From a virus (taxonomy: Duplodnaviria > Heunggongvirae > Uroviricota > Caudoviricetes), in the IMG/VR virus record IMGVR_UViG_3300029544_000210, positions 20,406 through 84,405 of that record: 64,000 bases of DNA; one strand, 5' to 3'. Under the pieces are notes generated by a model. That model saw only the letters and a program-made list of their open reading frames with translations. It ran no database searches and was not told the origin of the DNA. The position numbers were made by a program, and so were the translations under genes. This document shows, piece by piece, positions 40,931 through 54,982 of the stretch (positions within the stretch are counted from its first letter, which is position 1; every line of letters starts with the position of its first letter).

Positions 40931-41200
40931 AATTGTCTATGTAATAATTCTCTCTTTTTATCTTTGCAACCTCAAAAATTTCTTCATAAGAATCACAAAA
41001 TCTTACTTCGATGCACTTCGTTACCTCTCCACACTTCAAACAATACAAATCCTTAATATGTTTTCGTTCTCTTTGTCTCTGTCTCTGAATTCCACTGGCT
41101 AACATATTTTCATTCATACATTTTAAACATATGAATCGACTTGCATGTTTTGGGTTTCCATTCTTATATCTACTCAAACATTATTCACCTCATTTTTGCA

Positions 41201-41229
41201 ATAAAAAAGAAGCAGTTGATTTCTGCTTC
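41201..41229 (-). terminator. rho-independent terminator (stem GAAGCAG/CTGCTTC followed by a U tract on the minus strand)
   Basis: 7-bp GC-containing stem, 7-nt loop, then TTTTTTAT on the minus strand. Located after the stop of 41237..41572. Confidence 0.55.
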
Positions 41230-41236
41230 CTTATGA

Positions 41237-41572
41237 TTAATATTTATTACTCTTTCTTTCTTTTACTTTATCAATTATTTCTTCTCTATGATCTTTATAG
41301 TATTGATCTGAAATTTCCTTTACATGTATTTTATGTGCTTTCTCAGAACACTCTTCTGAACAATATGTTCTTCTAAGTGTTTCAAACTTTTCTCCACAAA
41401 TAGGACAGATTTTAATTATTGGTGTATTCGATTCCTTACTATATCTTCTTTTATTCGAATTTTCATCTTGTCGTTTCTTTTTTTCTATTTTACATTGTTC
41501 ACTACATACATTTATTCCATGGTAACTTGTAAACCTCTTACCACAAATAACACAATCTCTAATTCTTGGCAT
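41237..41572 (-). CDS. zinc-ribbon protein (two CxxC...C pairs)
   Basis: CVICGKRF...CSEQC and CPICGEKF...CSEEC. Confidence 0.45.
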   Translation of the reverse strand: MPRIRDCVICGKRFTSYHGINVCSEQCKIEKKKRQDENSNKRRYSKESNTPIIKICPICGEKFETLRRTYCSEECSEKAHKIHVKEISDQYYKDHREEIIDKVKERKSNKY

Positions 41573-41589
41573 TTTTCCTTCCTTTCAAA

Positions 41590-42204
41590 TCAGTCTTTTT
41601 TATACTTATCTATAATCGGTTTAAAAAATCTATCTTCTGCATCTTTTCTAGCTTTTTCTGCATCTTCAATTTTTTTAAATTTACCGAGACTATAATTCTT
41701 TCCTTGAAATCCAATTTGAGCAACCCACAATTTTCTGGTTTTGTCAAAAGAAACTCCTTTTATACCTGAAGTATTATTTTTTGAAACTTTTTGAGTTAAA
41801 GTTTGTACAATCGTTCCATCGACCTGTGTACGCTTTTTTCTATTTTCATTTAATGTTTTCCCATCTCTATGATTTCCACAAGTACCAACCTTTTTTGCCT
41901 CAGATACCGTTCTGTAGCACATTCTTCCACATTTTAGACATTTACATTTCCATATAACTTTTCCATTTTCATAGCCAAAAGGCTCTAAAAACAATAAATC
42001 TTTTACGATTTTCCTAGTCATATCTAATTTTCTTTTACAACCACAAGACTTAGACTTTCCTGAAATTAATTTTCCTTTGTTAATTGCTCTAATTGTCCCA
42101 CACACACATTGACATGTGTAATACTTATTGTGTGACGAATCCGTTTTATCTGACAAAGCTAGTACAGTCCAATTACCAAATTTATCACCTATATTTATTT
42201 CCAT
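41590..42204 (-). CDS. AP2-domain DNA-binding protein with N-terminal Cys-rich region
   Basis: SGIKGVSFDKTRKLWVAQIGFQGKNYSLGKFKKIEDAEKARKDAE matches the AP2/HNH-associated domain pattern. Confidence 0.55.
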   Translation of the reverse strand: MEINIGDKFGNWTVLALSDKTDSSHNKYYTCQCVCGTIRAINKGKLISGKSKSCGCKRKLDMTRKIVKDLLFLEPFGYENGKVIWKCKCLKCGRMCYRTVSEAKKVGTCGNHRDGKTLNENRKKRTQVDGTIVQTLTQKVSKNNTSGIKGVSFDKTRKLWVAQIGFQGKNYSLGKFKKIEDAEKARKDAEDRFFKPIIDKYKKD

Positions 42205-43939
42205 ATAATTACTTTCCTCTTGAAAACAATCTTCAACTGTCTTTATTTTACCACTATAGTATCAACTTGGAAAGGAGCTTCTTCTAAACTATCCAAAAAC
42301 TAATTCATCAACTGTTTGTCCATGAAACAAATCTTTGTCATCAACCGTTATTGTCACTTCTACAATGTACTGTCTTTCCATTTTTATTATCCTCCGTTCT
42401 GCTATTGAAAGCAATTTTTCTTTGGGTTTATAATCCAACCAAACTTCCGAACAAATTCATTGCTTCCTCTCTCGTATATCTTTCCTTATTGTATATTACT
42501 ATTGTATCAAACTTATATTCTTTTAATTTATTTCTATCTAATTTGAATACACCATATGCAATCATATCATTTATTTCGCTCACTCTAACAAAGGATTCTT
42601 GTGATTTATTTTCCGACATGTTAAAATCTGAAGGATATACTCTTTCCATAATTACACCTCCCATTTGAAATAACTCTTTCACTCTATTCTATTTATTAGT
42701 TCAATAATTTCTCTTTGATATATCACTTCTCCAGCGTCAGTTCTCGCACAATATGGGTTCTCGAAATGTTCCAAGATTGCTTCAAAAATTTTATTTTTAT
42801 ACTCTTTTAGTTCATTTTTTATAGGCTGATTTTCATACTGATACAGTTTTTGTAGTGGTTCTTGCATTTTTTGATTAGAATCTAAATCAGCATCTGCATA
42901 AACAAACATACACTGATTTTTTATAAATGGCATATCCCAATTTAATTTTTGTACCAAATTATCCATCATCTTTCACCTCCAAGGAAAGTTAAATTTCTTT
43001 GCCTTTTACTCACAAAAATTTTTAGCCCATAAGATACTCCCATCATTGTTGCAGGTTAATTCAATCCCATATTTTGTTTTAAACCATATGTCAAGCCATT
43101 CAAGGAAGTCTTTTGTAACATTAATAATGTAGCTACTAACACAATTCATATTTGGTAATGCAATTTCCATATGTGGAATACGTGAATATTCTGTTTCCCC
43201 CTCATACTCATATCTGAATGGACAACCCTTAACCGCTAATTCGTTATTCAATTCTATTACCATTTCTCTTGTTATCTTCATACTATTACCTCCATTCTTA
43301 AACGCATAGCAAACTTAGATTTCATTTAAATTACACTTCACTTTCTAAATACTTTATAAATCGCTCATCGCATTCTTCTGTTCGTTCAGATTCAACGCAT
43401 TTTCCATATAATCTCCTACAATCTTCACAAGTAAATATTGCAGCTTTATTAACATACCCATGATTAAAGTCATATTCTTCACACAATATATCGTTTAATC
43501 TTTCAAATTGTTCTGTTGTCATATTTGTAATCTGATCTATAAGAGCCAGCTTCATTCTATCAATATTCTTCATACTAAATTCTCCTTGTGTTTTTAATTA
43601 ACTATAACACATCAGAGATTTTCTGCCTACGGACATCGTTACCGTTTTATGAAAACTTGGATTCTTGTTACCCTATATCCCGACAATATTCATACTTTCC
43701 ATTTTCAAAATCATTAACAAAAGTATTTGTAATATCATTGCCATAATTTAATTCGTCAATCGTTGTTCCGTCCCCACTACGAAGTTCATCAATATCATAT
43801 CCTTTACTTTCAAAATAATCATTGATTTCTTTATCAAGCATAGCTGCTTGTGAAGTCAGTTGTGCTAATTTATGCATTTTTCTTTGTATATCTTTAGATA
43901 TTCTCATAATTTCTCAACTCCCATCTTCCAATGAAACTA

Positions 43940-44554
43940 TTATTTATTGACTATAGCCTGATTAATAATTCCTATGTCATAACCGGTACTATCTAATCTT
44001 TTTAGTTCATCTTCTAAATCGCTTGCGATACTTGTTATAATACCGACTTTTATGTAATCTATAAGTATTTCATCCCATTCATTGCAATATAATTTTTCTG
44101 GATTATCTTCAACAATTTCCATTGTAGATTCTATAAAATCAGAAAATTGTATTTGTCTTCCAAAGAATGTTTCTATCATATCTTCACAAATTATTTGTAG
44201 ATATTCCTCTATATTATGAGTATAAATCTTATTTCTATTTTCCGCTTCTTCATTAAATTTATATTCTTTGCTTATTTTATTGAATACATTCATATCAGTA
44301 AAAAGCCACCATTCTTTGTTGCTTGACAAATAGCAACTTGTTTCTTTTTTCAACCTAACTTCAATATCCTCCGTTAAATTATCACTCATTACAGTTCTCA
44401 TAGTATCTACATCCCTTCTTATTAAATATTCTAAATAAGCTGTTACACTCATATTATTCTCTTTTGCTTTAGATTCAACAGTCGATTTCATTTTATCGGT
44501 ACAACGAAACTTTAAATAATTATCTTTCGCCATTGTGGTCACACTCCTTCCCAT
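43940..44554 (-). CDS. ribbon-helix-helix (CopG/Arc-like) N-terminal domain protein
   Basis: N-terminus KDNYLKFRCTDKMKSTVESKAKENNMSVTAYLEYLIRRDV has the RHH pattern. Confidence 0.4.
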   Translation of the reverse strand: MGRSVTTMAKDNYLKFRCTDKMKSTVESKAKENNMSVTAYLEYLIRRDVDTMRTVMSDNLTEDIEVRLKKETSCYLSSNKEWWLFTDMNVFNKISKEYKFNEEAENRNKIYTHNIEEYLQIICEDMIETFFGRQIQFSDFIESTMEIVEDNPEKLYCNEWDEILIDYIKVGIITSIASDLEDELKRLDSTGYDIGIINQAIVNK

Positions 44555-44902
44555 AAAGATGTTACCACAATAATATCATTGTGTAAAGAAAAAGAGAATT
44601 GCATTTTATACAATTCTCTTTTTGTATTCATATTATTCTTACACAACATCACTTAGCAACTCAATCACTTCATCAAGTTTCTCACTCGCTTCTTCCATAC
44701 TATCAACAGCATCTTCAGAACACATCCCTCTATAACTGCTCTGCAATCCTTCGGGCATATTATCAAATGCTTCCTGTTCTTCATTCAATATAGAAGATAA
44801 CTCACTTGAAGCTTTCTTCAAATCGGTTTTAATCAAATCAATTTGAGTTTTGAGTTGCCTTATCTTTTCTCTTCTCTGCTTATTCATTTTATGACCTCCC
44901 AA

Positions 44903-45541
44903 CTAATGAAAACAAGTATATCCCCATAATTTATTTAACACTTGTCCATCACTAGGAATATTACTATAACTGCTCAATACCGTCTTGAGCTTATTATATT
45001 CATCTTCTGTGATATCAATGCCATAATCTCCCTTGGCAGTATTCCTCCAATCATATTTATCCTGGCATTCTGGACGGAAATACCATTTCTTATAAATCAT
45101 TTTTCCTGTTTCTGGATCTTTACCAGAAAATAGACAAGTAATTGTTCTACCAGTGGCAATTTCCGTTGTAACTTGTCTGCCGAAGTAAGGATTGTACTGC
45201 ATATAAGCCAATTTACCACGCTCAATTGCATCTTGCTTTTCATGTTCACTCATTTCAAACAACTGCTGTGTACCCCTTCCATAAGAAGTGTTATACACTT
45301 TACTGCTATTCACACCAACTGTAGAATATAACTTGACTCCGTTTTTATCAGTTGTCTCAACTCTTTTTACTCGTTCTCCATTGATGTAATCATTGCAAAG
45401 TCTGTCCATATAATGTACATTTCCATCTTTATCAACTGTACGAGTTGTCTTCTTCATATCATAATTGTCATACGCTGCTTTCGCAGCACTTCCTGCATAA
45501 ATCCCTAAGAATGCTAATAGTCCTCCGAACATAATTATCAA
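44903..45541 (-). CDS. membrane-anchored hypothetical protein (212 aa)
   Basis: N-terminal TM helix MIIMFGGLLAFLGIYAGSAA. Confidence 0.4.
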   Translation of the reverse strand: MIIMFGGLLAFLGIYAGSAAKAAYDNYDMKKTTRTVDKDGNVHYMDRLCNDYINGERVKRVETTDKNGVKLYSTVGVNSSKVYNTSYGRGTQQLFEMSEHEKQDAIERGKLAYMQYNPYFGRQVTTEIATGRTITCLFSGKDPETGKMIYKKWYFRPECQDKYDWRNTAKGDYGIDITEDEYNKLKTVLSSYSNIPSDGQVLNKLWGYTCFH

Positions 45542-46341
45542 CCACCTTTCTTATATTATCTTCTCCATTTATCCATTTCATCAACAGACTTTTTATTGAG
45601 ATTGTTATACATATCTATTCTTTTTCTTGCCTCTTCTTCCTTACCACTTCTCCAAAATGCAAACATTAATACTAAAAATATTATACTTATAACTGTACCC
45701 ATAAATTAAATCCTCCTATTTAACTATTCACGTCTCATTGTTACTATTCTAATTCTATCATACAATTTTAAATCTTGCACTATATATCCAAGTGTTAAAA
45801 TGATGCATATAAATAAGTCTTAATTCATACTCAAATCCTTTAATGACATCTGATGCATATAAAAATCCTTTGTTATATCCTTCATAATTATTATTGGGTT
45901 CAATAGTTATATAATCTCCATGTTTATGTACTTCATGTCCTCTTTTACACATTTCCTTCTTAAATTCTTTGTAATCAAACATAGTAATCACCGTTCCTTT
46001 ACATAAAAATAAGAGACTTGTTTATTACAAGTCTCTTACTATATTCTCTATTATTCTATTTGTTACTTTAATTCATTAACATTGCCATTTGTCTTAATAT
46101 AATTATAGATAGGCATTTGTATCTTTAGCATAATTTCCTTTAATTTTTCTTTTGACAAATTATCATCTTGAGCTTTAATTAACTCTGCCGCCTCCCTTGG
46201 TATCTGAACACCATACTCAACAGAAAATATTATTAAAGCTTCTTCAAATTTTGTAACATTTACTGTTTCGACAGCATATTGAAACGCTTCTAATAACCCC
46301 AATTTTGTCATATTGTACCTCCAAAAATAATTATATACATA

Positions 46342-46545
46342 TTATATCGCCAATGATAATATTTGTACAGCCTTTTCTCTTCCTTCAGAGATAGTTGCAC
46401 AACTACACAACCTAATCCAACCATTATATTTTTGTGAAAAACACCTAACTTCATATTTTTGATTATATTTGTTAATTTCCAGATTGCCAGTATTACGATT
46501 TACTATCGCACATTTTGTTTTATTTACTTTAAATTCTCTTCTCAT
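46342..46545 (-). CDS. hypothetical protein (start revised to the internal Met preceded by GGAGTGAT)
   Basis: The ORF track start at 46599 would overlap a terminator hairpin. The internal ATG at 46545 has a good SD. Confidence 0.4.
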   Translation of the reverse strand: MRREFKVNKTKCAIVNRNTGNLEINKYNQKYEVRCFSQKYNGWIRLCSCATISEGREKAVQILSLAI

Positions 46546-46561
46546 AATATCACTCCAATCC

Positions 46562-46596
46562 AATAAAAAAGACAGATAATATATAATTATCCGTCT
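46562..46596 (-). terminator. rho-independent terminator (11-bp stem AGACAGATAAT/ATTATCCGTCT with one mismatch, plus a U tract)
   Basis: Hairpin 46570..46596 followed on the minus strand by TTTTTTATTG (46569..46561). Confidence 0.5.
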
Positions 46597-49500
46597 CAAT
46601 TTAATTAATATTATATTTTATTCTTAATTACAAAATTTCATTTTGTTTTTCTAGTAATATTAATAATGCACTCATTGTCATTTTTTGTATGTATTCATCT
46701 TTGTCTACTTCTTTTTCAGTTATTGGCTGTTCTTCATTAATAAAATCATAATTTACATATAATGTAACTCCTGAATTATCCTTACACCAAACAGCAACAA
46801 CTGTGTCGCCACCAAATTCAGTAATATCTTCTTTAAGTTCTTTGATTAAATCTGAACATTCAAAACTAATTTTTATTCCTTGTTCGTTTATAAATGCCAT
46901 TATTATCATTCCTCCAATTTTTTAATAAATTCAAACCCATTTGCTGTTGTTTTCTTTTTAGTTCCATTTTTACGATAGAACCAATCGCCTTTTACAATAC
47001 CCTCTTCGACTATTTCTTTTGCAACTGGATGTTTTCTAGTTCCAGACCATTCTAAAAAAGCACATCTCCATTTCTCTTCAGTAGGCTTTTCTTCATTCTT
47101 TTTCTCTGCCTTGTAATCTGCAAGTAATCTATCAATTTTTTCATCTGTTAAATTTTCTATTCTGCTTATATCCAAAGAATAAAAATCTGTCTGATTATAA
47201 TGATTACTTGTATGATGCCACGAAGAATACCTCAAACAAACTTCTTTTAAAACTTTCACAGGTAGTTTCTTAAATTTTTCCATTGAGCATTTTAATTCAA
47301 TTTCCTGTTCTTCTATTGTATCAAAAATATCTGCCTTTGTCCATTTACTTAATGGTTTCTCCCCATTTGAATAAGCATCAACCGCATTGTTACTCATTGA
47401 CCATCCGCTATATCCTGCCATATTCATCAACCTTCTTTCTTACATATTATATCACACTTTATTTCTCATCCTCAATATCTTCTAAGCTGTCAATTCCTAA
47501 TTCTTCCATAATATCATCACAAAGACAACTTCCATCACATTCAGTTCCATCGTATATAACAGTCATCTCTTCAATATTTAAAACATAACGACTTTCTTTT
47601 TGTTGCTTAAATAACTTTAGTACCTGTCTTAATAAATATTCTTTCCTATCCATAAATTTTACCACCATTTCTAATAGTATCTAATTGTTTACTTAATCAT
47701 AACACATAATACTTTTGCATATTTATCACCATACCAATCTTCAAAATCTGCATAAATATCACAATTTGCCATTATAGTATTATTGTATTCTTCTTCATCC
47801 ATCAGCTCATATAGACCTACTTCCATATCCTCAGTATAGTTTCCATATGGTGAATCTTCTCCTAATGATCTGCAATTATCCGTATGAAAATTACTAGGAT
47901 AATATTTTCCATTACTCACTGCTTCATATACTTCTAATTCTATATATTTATTTTTATATTCTTCTTTTACATCCTTGATTGTCATTTCATCTTCCCCCTT
48001 TTGAAATTTCCGTTTCCTATGCTTTCTTTCCAAAATAATACTTAACAATTTTCTTAAAATCTTTATTACTTGCATAAGCAACTCTAGGCTTACTTCCATC
48101 AATGTTAAATTCTGTTACGCTTAAAATTGCATATCCTTGTACCGTTAATGTGGCAAGATATACAAGTAAGTTCAATTTGTATCCAATACTGTCAAACTGG
48201 ATTTCTTTTCTTAGTTTCTGTACTTCTTCATCATAATTATCATCTACTTCAATAATGTGTGCAGAAGCATATGTATTAACTTTATACAATCTATTGTTAA
48301 TTTTTCTTATCATATTATTTCCTCGCTTTCAAATAAATCATCGTTTCATTAGATTTTATATTCTAAATCTACTTTATTTCCATCAAATGCATTCCACCGT
48401 ATATCAATATGCTTTAAATCTAAGCACTTAGCAATTGTTATAGTGGCAGGAATATTATCGTTTCTGTTATTCACTATTGATATACTAGCCCCACAATACA
48501 TATTTCTATACTCATTTAAGTTTATCTCTGGCTCGCCAGTTCTTTTATTCATATCATTAATAGATTCAAGAGATTTTAAATCGTAATCCCATTTTGTCTC
48601 AATAGAGATATTTGTTTCTTTTATAAGCTCATTAAAATCTGAAACATTGATTGTAACCAATCTTGTATGTTCTTTATCATATTTTTTAAATTCATTGATC
48701 ATTTTATCTACCTCCGTTCTTACTAATAAATCCTCAGTTCATATTATTCTCAATTTCTTTTAGTCTCTCTTCTGAACCGCCAAATTCGTAACACTTACAT
48801 GGTTCATTATCAACAGATACATCTTTCCCATATTTCTTTCCGAAACATCTTCCAAGCCATTCTTTTCTACATAATTGACAATTATGCATATTCATTTCCT
48901 TTGTTATGTGCATATAATTCACCTCATTTTTAAAATTGTGTTCTAATAGTTATTTTTAAGACATTATCAATAATTTTCCATTCTCTGACTGTATAATAAC
49001 CAAATTGTCTTATAGCTTCATTTGCATTATTATATCTATGCGTATCAAAGCTATGCATATCATAAATTTTAATATGATTATCTCCTGTGAAATTTTCTAA
49101 AAATTCTTTTACTTTCATATATTTGCCTTTCCCTTGAAACTCTTGTTTCATACTTTGCATTCTCTATATTCTTTTTCAGTTAATAGTCCTTCATAGCACA
49201 TATCTTCAAGCGTTCTATATACAGCATTAGCTCTCCAACTTGCATATGAAAAACCATCAAATTCTCCAATAAGTGCATCTCTGTTTTCTTCACTTTGTTT
49301 TTCTAATTTTTCTGCTAATATGGAATTACGAAAGAAATATGCTTTATACATAGCTGCTTTAATTCTAAGATTCTCAACTTCATATTCCTGAGAAACTAAT
49401 TTCTCTTGAGCTTCTAATAACTGTAACCCCATATTTCCTAATGGGCTTCTTTCAATTCTGTTTCCAAAATAAGTATAATTCATATATCATCACTCCATTT

Positions 49501-52500
49501 CTACACTAATTCATCGACTTCAACTACATCAGGATTATCCCTAAACCATGAATCATCCTCTGCAATTTCCTTTAACTCAATAAAATCTCTTTCAGAATCA
49601 AAGCAATCATTGTGTTTCAAATAAGCTGCTTTCACCTTTTCTCTTGCATCCTCATACGATTTTGCCTTTACTATCCCAACAGCCAATTCTTCAATCCTGT
49701 AAGCATATAAATTTGTAATATCCAACATGTTAAGCACTCCTTTCCGCACTACAGAAAAAATCATCTTCTGTAAAACTATATCTATCATAGTGTTCATAAA
49801 TAAATTCATCACTAACATATTCATCAATACTTGCAATCATTTCATATGACGGCTCATTGATATTAACTCCCATCACTTCTGCAAAAGTTCCTTCATTTAC
49901 AAGTTCTGAATAATACGCCTGTTTCAGTTCGTGTAACTGATCTCTATTTAATTCTTTTACTGTCATTTTTATCACTCCATTCTCTAATTCCTGATTCTAA
50001 CATCTTCTTATATAATGTTCTCTTTTGCGAATTAGTCATACATCTGATAGTAAGATCAATTCTGTTTTCAAGTTTTCTTTCATCAATTCCACAACTTAAA
50101 GCATATTTTTCCAACAAGTCATTGATTGCAAAATCTTTTTCGCAATTACAATATGCACATGCTTCCCAATATTCCATGATCTGTTTATATAATTTATCTA
50201 CTGTTTTCATATCTCATCACTCCATTTTCATCCATTTATTAGGTTTAATCACAATACATAATCTGTCGTAATCAAACCTCATATAATCAACTACATAATC
50301 CATAATGTTTTCTCTGCCTTCATATAATTGGTGCACATGTCTCACATTAATTTTATGTTTCTCTCCACTTTCAAATGTATCAGTGTATTTTTCAAGCAAC
50401 CACAAATCAATACTCTGCTTTGCATTTAAGCAATCAATTACATTTCTGAATTCTGTATCAGCTTCGATAAATCCATATGGTCTATTCATATCATATACTT
50501 CCTTTCTTATAACTTTATCTTTCCATAATCGGGAATCATCTGAATAAATTCATCTGCATTTGTAAACTGTTCATTGATTTCAACCCAATACTGTTCGTTA
50601 TTTGTATCTGTACAACAAGCTTCTAATTTAAAATCATGCTGTGCGTAAATCGTTAAGCATAGTTCTACTTTCTGAACAGATACACCTTTTGGAACTTCTT
50701 CAACAGTTGCGTACTCTTCCAAAAAGCTATTAATTTCATTTTCTTTTAAATCATAATTATAAAATGCCTGTAATGGCTTGTCTGTGTTGTCTAACTCATT
50801 AAATGTAATTTTTGTATAATCTAACATTTTAAGCACTCCATTTCTATAAATCCATTTCTCTTTAAATACTCTATATAATCTTCAATATCTGATTTCTTTT
50901 TAACTTCAATGTCGTCTGGATGATAATATCCATAAAAGGCATTCGTATATACCTTATATGTTTTATTTTTCATATCAATAACGAGGTTATAATTGTTGGC
51001 ACAATCACCACGTTTCTTCCAATTCTTATCAAGCCAAAATAGATGTAATCTCATAAGACCAACTATCCTTTCTACAAGCTATTCCATACCCAAGTCAAGC
51101 ACTCCTCAAATGATTCACTTGAATATACTTCTTCCGCCTCTGTATCTTCTGTTCCGCTTTTATAAACTTCATATCCTATTACACCATTAGTAATAATGTA
51201 TTCGTCATTTATAATCCAGTTGTCCATTTCCAATCTTATGTTCATAAAATTGACCTCCTTAATCAATTACATTTCCGTTTTCATCTTCTGTGTAGTCGTA
51301 CTCCCAATCACCAGCTCCATCTTCAATAAATTCTCCACCGTCTGTATTTTCTGCAATTTCCTTTGCTTCTTCCAATGAATCAGCCTCAACATCCAAATAT
51401 ACATAATCCGTTGATTTATACATAACTCTAAATTTTGCCATAATTATTATCCTCCAATCTTAAAATGAAATTGCTATTTACTGTGCTTCTTCAATATTCT
51501 TTTCCAACATAAATACAAGTCCATCCTTATATGTAATTCTGAACTTATACATTTCTTCAAGCCAATCGTTAAACCCATCATCAAAATATGTTTTTTCTGT
51601 TCCTCTTCTTGGCTTAATATCATCTAATAGTTCCATAAAACAACCTGTAATCCCAGATACAGACTCTGCAATTACTATTGGGTTTTCCATAAATGCAAGT
51701 GTTGATGGAACTGCTATGAATCTGCACCTATTGATATTCGGGTTACTACTTTCTGTTCTTTCAACTACAATAGCTGCCTGGTTGCAATTACTATTCATAA
51801 ACATATTATAAAATCTATTTACATTTTCTTTTCGTTCTTTTTTGGTTGTTCTTCTCATTTCCATCACTCCAATCTATACTTCATAATCAAATTCGCTTAA
51901 TCCACCACTTGCAAATACATATTCTGCTACATCTGGAACAAATATCATAAGATTATCGGGATATTTTCTTTCATCCTTAATTGCAAAATATCCTCTTTCT
52001 TTTACATCATCGTCTTCAAAGTAATAACCAAAAATCATTTCTATTAAATTTTTCATTGATGTTTTTGGCTCGTATTTCTGTTCTCTGATCCATGTTGCAA
52101 CATAATCCATATCACACCATTTTTCTTTTGGGTAAGTAGAATAATCCTTTTCTTCTTTCCATCCATAATTATCTACCATTTTAATCACTCTCCATTTCTG
52201 ATTCTAATAATTCATATACTTCATATCTATTGTCATACATATACTGATTAAATGCTTCATAATCTCCATCTTTATCAGGAAATTCTTCAACAAATCTTTC
52301 GTACATTGTATCTGATACAATATTTTCATTGAACAACTTGCCTTTGTATTCAAGTTCTGCATCAGCCCATTCTCCATGTGAAATATATCCAATATTCTCC
52401 ATTCCACAATAATTTGGATATTCTTTCATAGGAAAACTTGCAATTCCGTTTTTAACTACAAAATCTCTCGTTATTGTGCTTGTCATACCTATACCTCGCT

Positions 52501-52625
52501 TTCTATAACAGATACATGATACTCAGGATGATCTTCTAAATATTTTTCATTTTCCACATCAGAATAATCACTGCAATATCTCTTAATAGTTCCACATTCA
52601 TCTACAATTACGCTCCGTAATTCCA

Positions 52626-52820
52626 TCATTTCACCTCCATTAAGTTATTCTCTTTAATCAACCGTAACTGCACCATCTTATTCAGATCCTTATTCACTGT
52701 AATCTGATTTTTACCATTCCCATAAATAAAATGACTACCACGACTTCTAATTTCGTGATAGCCATTTGCCTTGAGAATTGGTTCAAATTCTCGTAATCTT
52801 TTCGGTTTATGTTTGCACAT
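52626..52820 (-). CDS. HicA-family toxin (YcfA-like mRNA interferase)
   Basis: LREFEPILKANGYHEIRSRGSHFIY...ITVNKDLNKMVQLRLIKE matches HicA. Confidence 0.55.
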   Translation of the reverse strand: MCKHKPKRLREFEPILKANGYHEIRSRGSHFIYGNGKNQITVNKDLNKMVQLRLIKENNLMEVK

Positions 52821-52826
52821 TTTTAA

Positions 52827-53030
52827 TCACACCTCCACAATTTCAATACAGAAATCATCAGGATTATATTCACTGCCTTCAATATCCCAACCATTCATAT
52901 ATTCTTCCTTTGCATCATTGGCAGCTTCTTCTGCTTCACCATAGGAATCAAATAATCCCCATTCAAAATCACTGCTATCTCTTAACTGACCGCCGTCATA
53001 ACTGATAATATATTTATACATCTTAATCAC
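52827..53030 (-). CDS. small acidic HicB-like / UPF0150-fold protein (candidate antitoxin)
   Basis: YKYIISYDGG...FDSYGEAEEAANDAKEE pattern. Sits immediately upstream of the HicA-like gene. Confidence 0.4.
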   Translation of the reverse strand: MIKMYKYIISYDGGQLRDSSDFEWGLFDSYGEAEEAANDAKEEYMNGWDIEGSEYNPDDFCIEIVEV

Positions 53031-53881
53031 TCTCCTTTAAACAAAATCTCTTGCAATATCTTCTCGACTTCCACAATTTGAACAACCTTCTGTATCATGT
53101 TTTTCAAGTATGCTCCATATTGCATTTTCCTCTTCTTCTGAAAGATTAAAACCTTCCCAATATTCTATATTTCCGTTCTTATGTGTCTGAAGAATTCCGC
53201 TAATCCATGTATCATTTGTCGTTTTTCTTACATAATCTTCAGGATTTTTGAGTGAAATATAATCTGGCTTAATCATTACAACCGCACCATATCCATTTAC
53301 ACATAATCCAAATGCTACATCTTCTGCATAAGACTTACTGTCAAATACCTTTGCTTCCTTATCTGATTCCCACTTTGCAATATTGGTATTTGTATCAATA
53401 CTTGTTACATATTTAATTGTATTTACATTCTCATTGCCACCAATAATTCCTATCACATATTTGATTTTCTTTGCCATAATTCTTACCTTCCTTTTCGTTA
53501 TTCTGCACAGTCTGTAATTACAATATAATTTCCATTACCTTTGAGGTATAAAAGCTCATATACTTCTCCATCATATCCACCGTCATTCATATTGTAATCT
53601 TCTAATGTTTCGTACTTCTCATAGTTGATAATGTAGTCACATATACCCCACAAACCCAATTCTTTTGCCTCTTTCTTTCTGTACTCAACTTCATGCTTAT
53701 CTTTATATTTATGACTATTTACATCATCATAACTACATCTTACAAATGGGATTTTGAGATATTTAGCCAAGTCCTTTTCAATTTCTCGTAACTCTTTTTC
53801 ATTCCTTTTTAATTCATATCTGTTTCCAATCATAATTCTTACCTTCCTTTCTTAATATGATGAATCGGTTCTTTCATTGCC

Positions 53882-54982
53882 TTATGCTACTGACTTCATA
53901 TCATCATATAATGTTTCGCTTATGCCAAAATCAGAAGCAATTTCCTGGACAAGCTCATCGCCCCATTTGTCACTAAAATATCCCCAACATGAATCTTTTT
54001 CTTCCCAGTCATCAGTGTCTGTATCATATTCTTCTGTGATAATTCCATACACTTCGTCTTGAAGATACATATTGTACAATTCAATCTCTCCTTTAAGATT
54101 TTCTATTGCAGCTTCTCTCCAATTTTCTTCCGTTACATCAACAAGATTTCCGTTTTTATCTTTGTACTTTGCACCCCAATTGATAAGTGTTTCTTTTACA
54201 TTTTCTTTTGTTGTATAAACCCAACCTGCTTGACCAGAATCCCATCTGTCTCCAAATTTAGATACACTTATTGATGTTCCACTATGTTCAAATACAAATA
54301 CTGGAAGAATTACAACGTCTGATCCTTTTAACATCTCCATTGCTTCTTTATACATTCCTGCACTAGCATAGAAAATATCTCCGTCAAGTAATCCCTCTCT
54401 TAATTCTCCGTTGATATAATCTTCGCACTGTTCTTTTGTTCCCTTATACTGAAACCATCCAATATCATTTGCTACTTTGTATTCTTTGGAAAGTCGTAAG
54501 TTTTTCTCGAACTCATCTTCTCGATTTCTTTTATATGCATTAGCCATGTTTATGTATCTGGCTACATCATCTGACAGTTCAAGCTCTTTTGCTTTTTCAG
54601 CCATAGCATTATATTTAAAGACCGTACTTCTAATATCCTTTTCATACTCTGCTTTATTTGGTTTTTCTACAGCAGGTAATTCAATCGAAACAATTTCCAT
54701 ACGCTTATTAACAAGTGATTCAACCTGTTCTTCTGTTAAATGTTTCATACAAAGTTCTTTAAAGAAATCCTCTGCGTCATCCCATTTATTCTGTTTATCC
54801 CCAAGATAACCCCAATTATTTCCCCAACATACAATTTTCCCTATATTGCAATCAAAATCTACTCGTGGATTGAGTGGATCATTATCTTGTTCAATATGTA
54901 ATCTCATCAATTTTCCATTTTCTTTGTAATATTTATATTCGCTACTCATATCAATCAACCTCACTTTCTTTCCATAAATCAA
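53882..54982 (-). CDS. hypothetical protein (366 aa)
   Basis: Long ORF. No motif recognised. Confidence 0.35.
   Translation of the reverse strand: MIYGKKVRLIDMSSEYKYYKENGKLMRLHIEQDNDPLNPRVDFDCNIGKIVCWGNNWGYLGDKQNKWDDAEDFFKELCMKHLTEEQVESLVNKRMEIVSIELPAVEKPNKAEYEKDIRSTVFKYNAMAEKAKELELSDDVARYINMANAYKRNREDEFEKNLRLSKEYKVANDIGWFQYKGTKEQCEDYINGELREGLLDGDIFYASAGMYKEAMEMLKGSDVVILPVFVFEHSGTSISVSKFGDRWDSGQAGWVYTTKENVKETLINWGAKYKDKNGNLVDVTEENWREAAIENLKGEIELYNMYLQDEVYGIITEEYDTDTDDWEEKDSCWGYFSDKWGDELVQEIASDFGISETLYDDMKSVA

Noticed and set aside
53882-54982. Possible anti-restriction (ArdA/ArdC-like) assignment for the 366-aa protein
   Set aside because: No diagnostic motif could be recognised by eye. The acidic composition alone is shared by most small proteins in this region.
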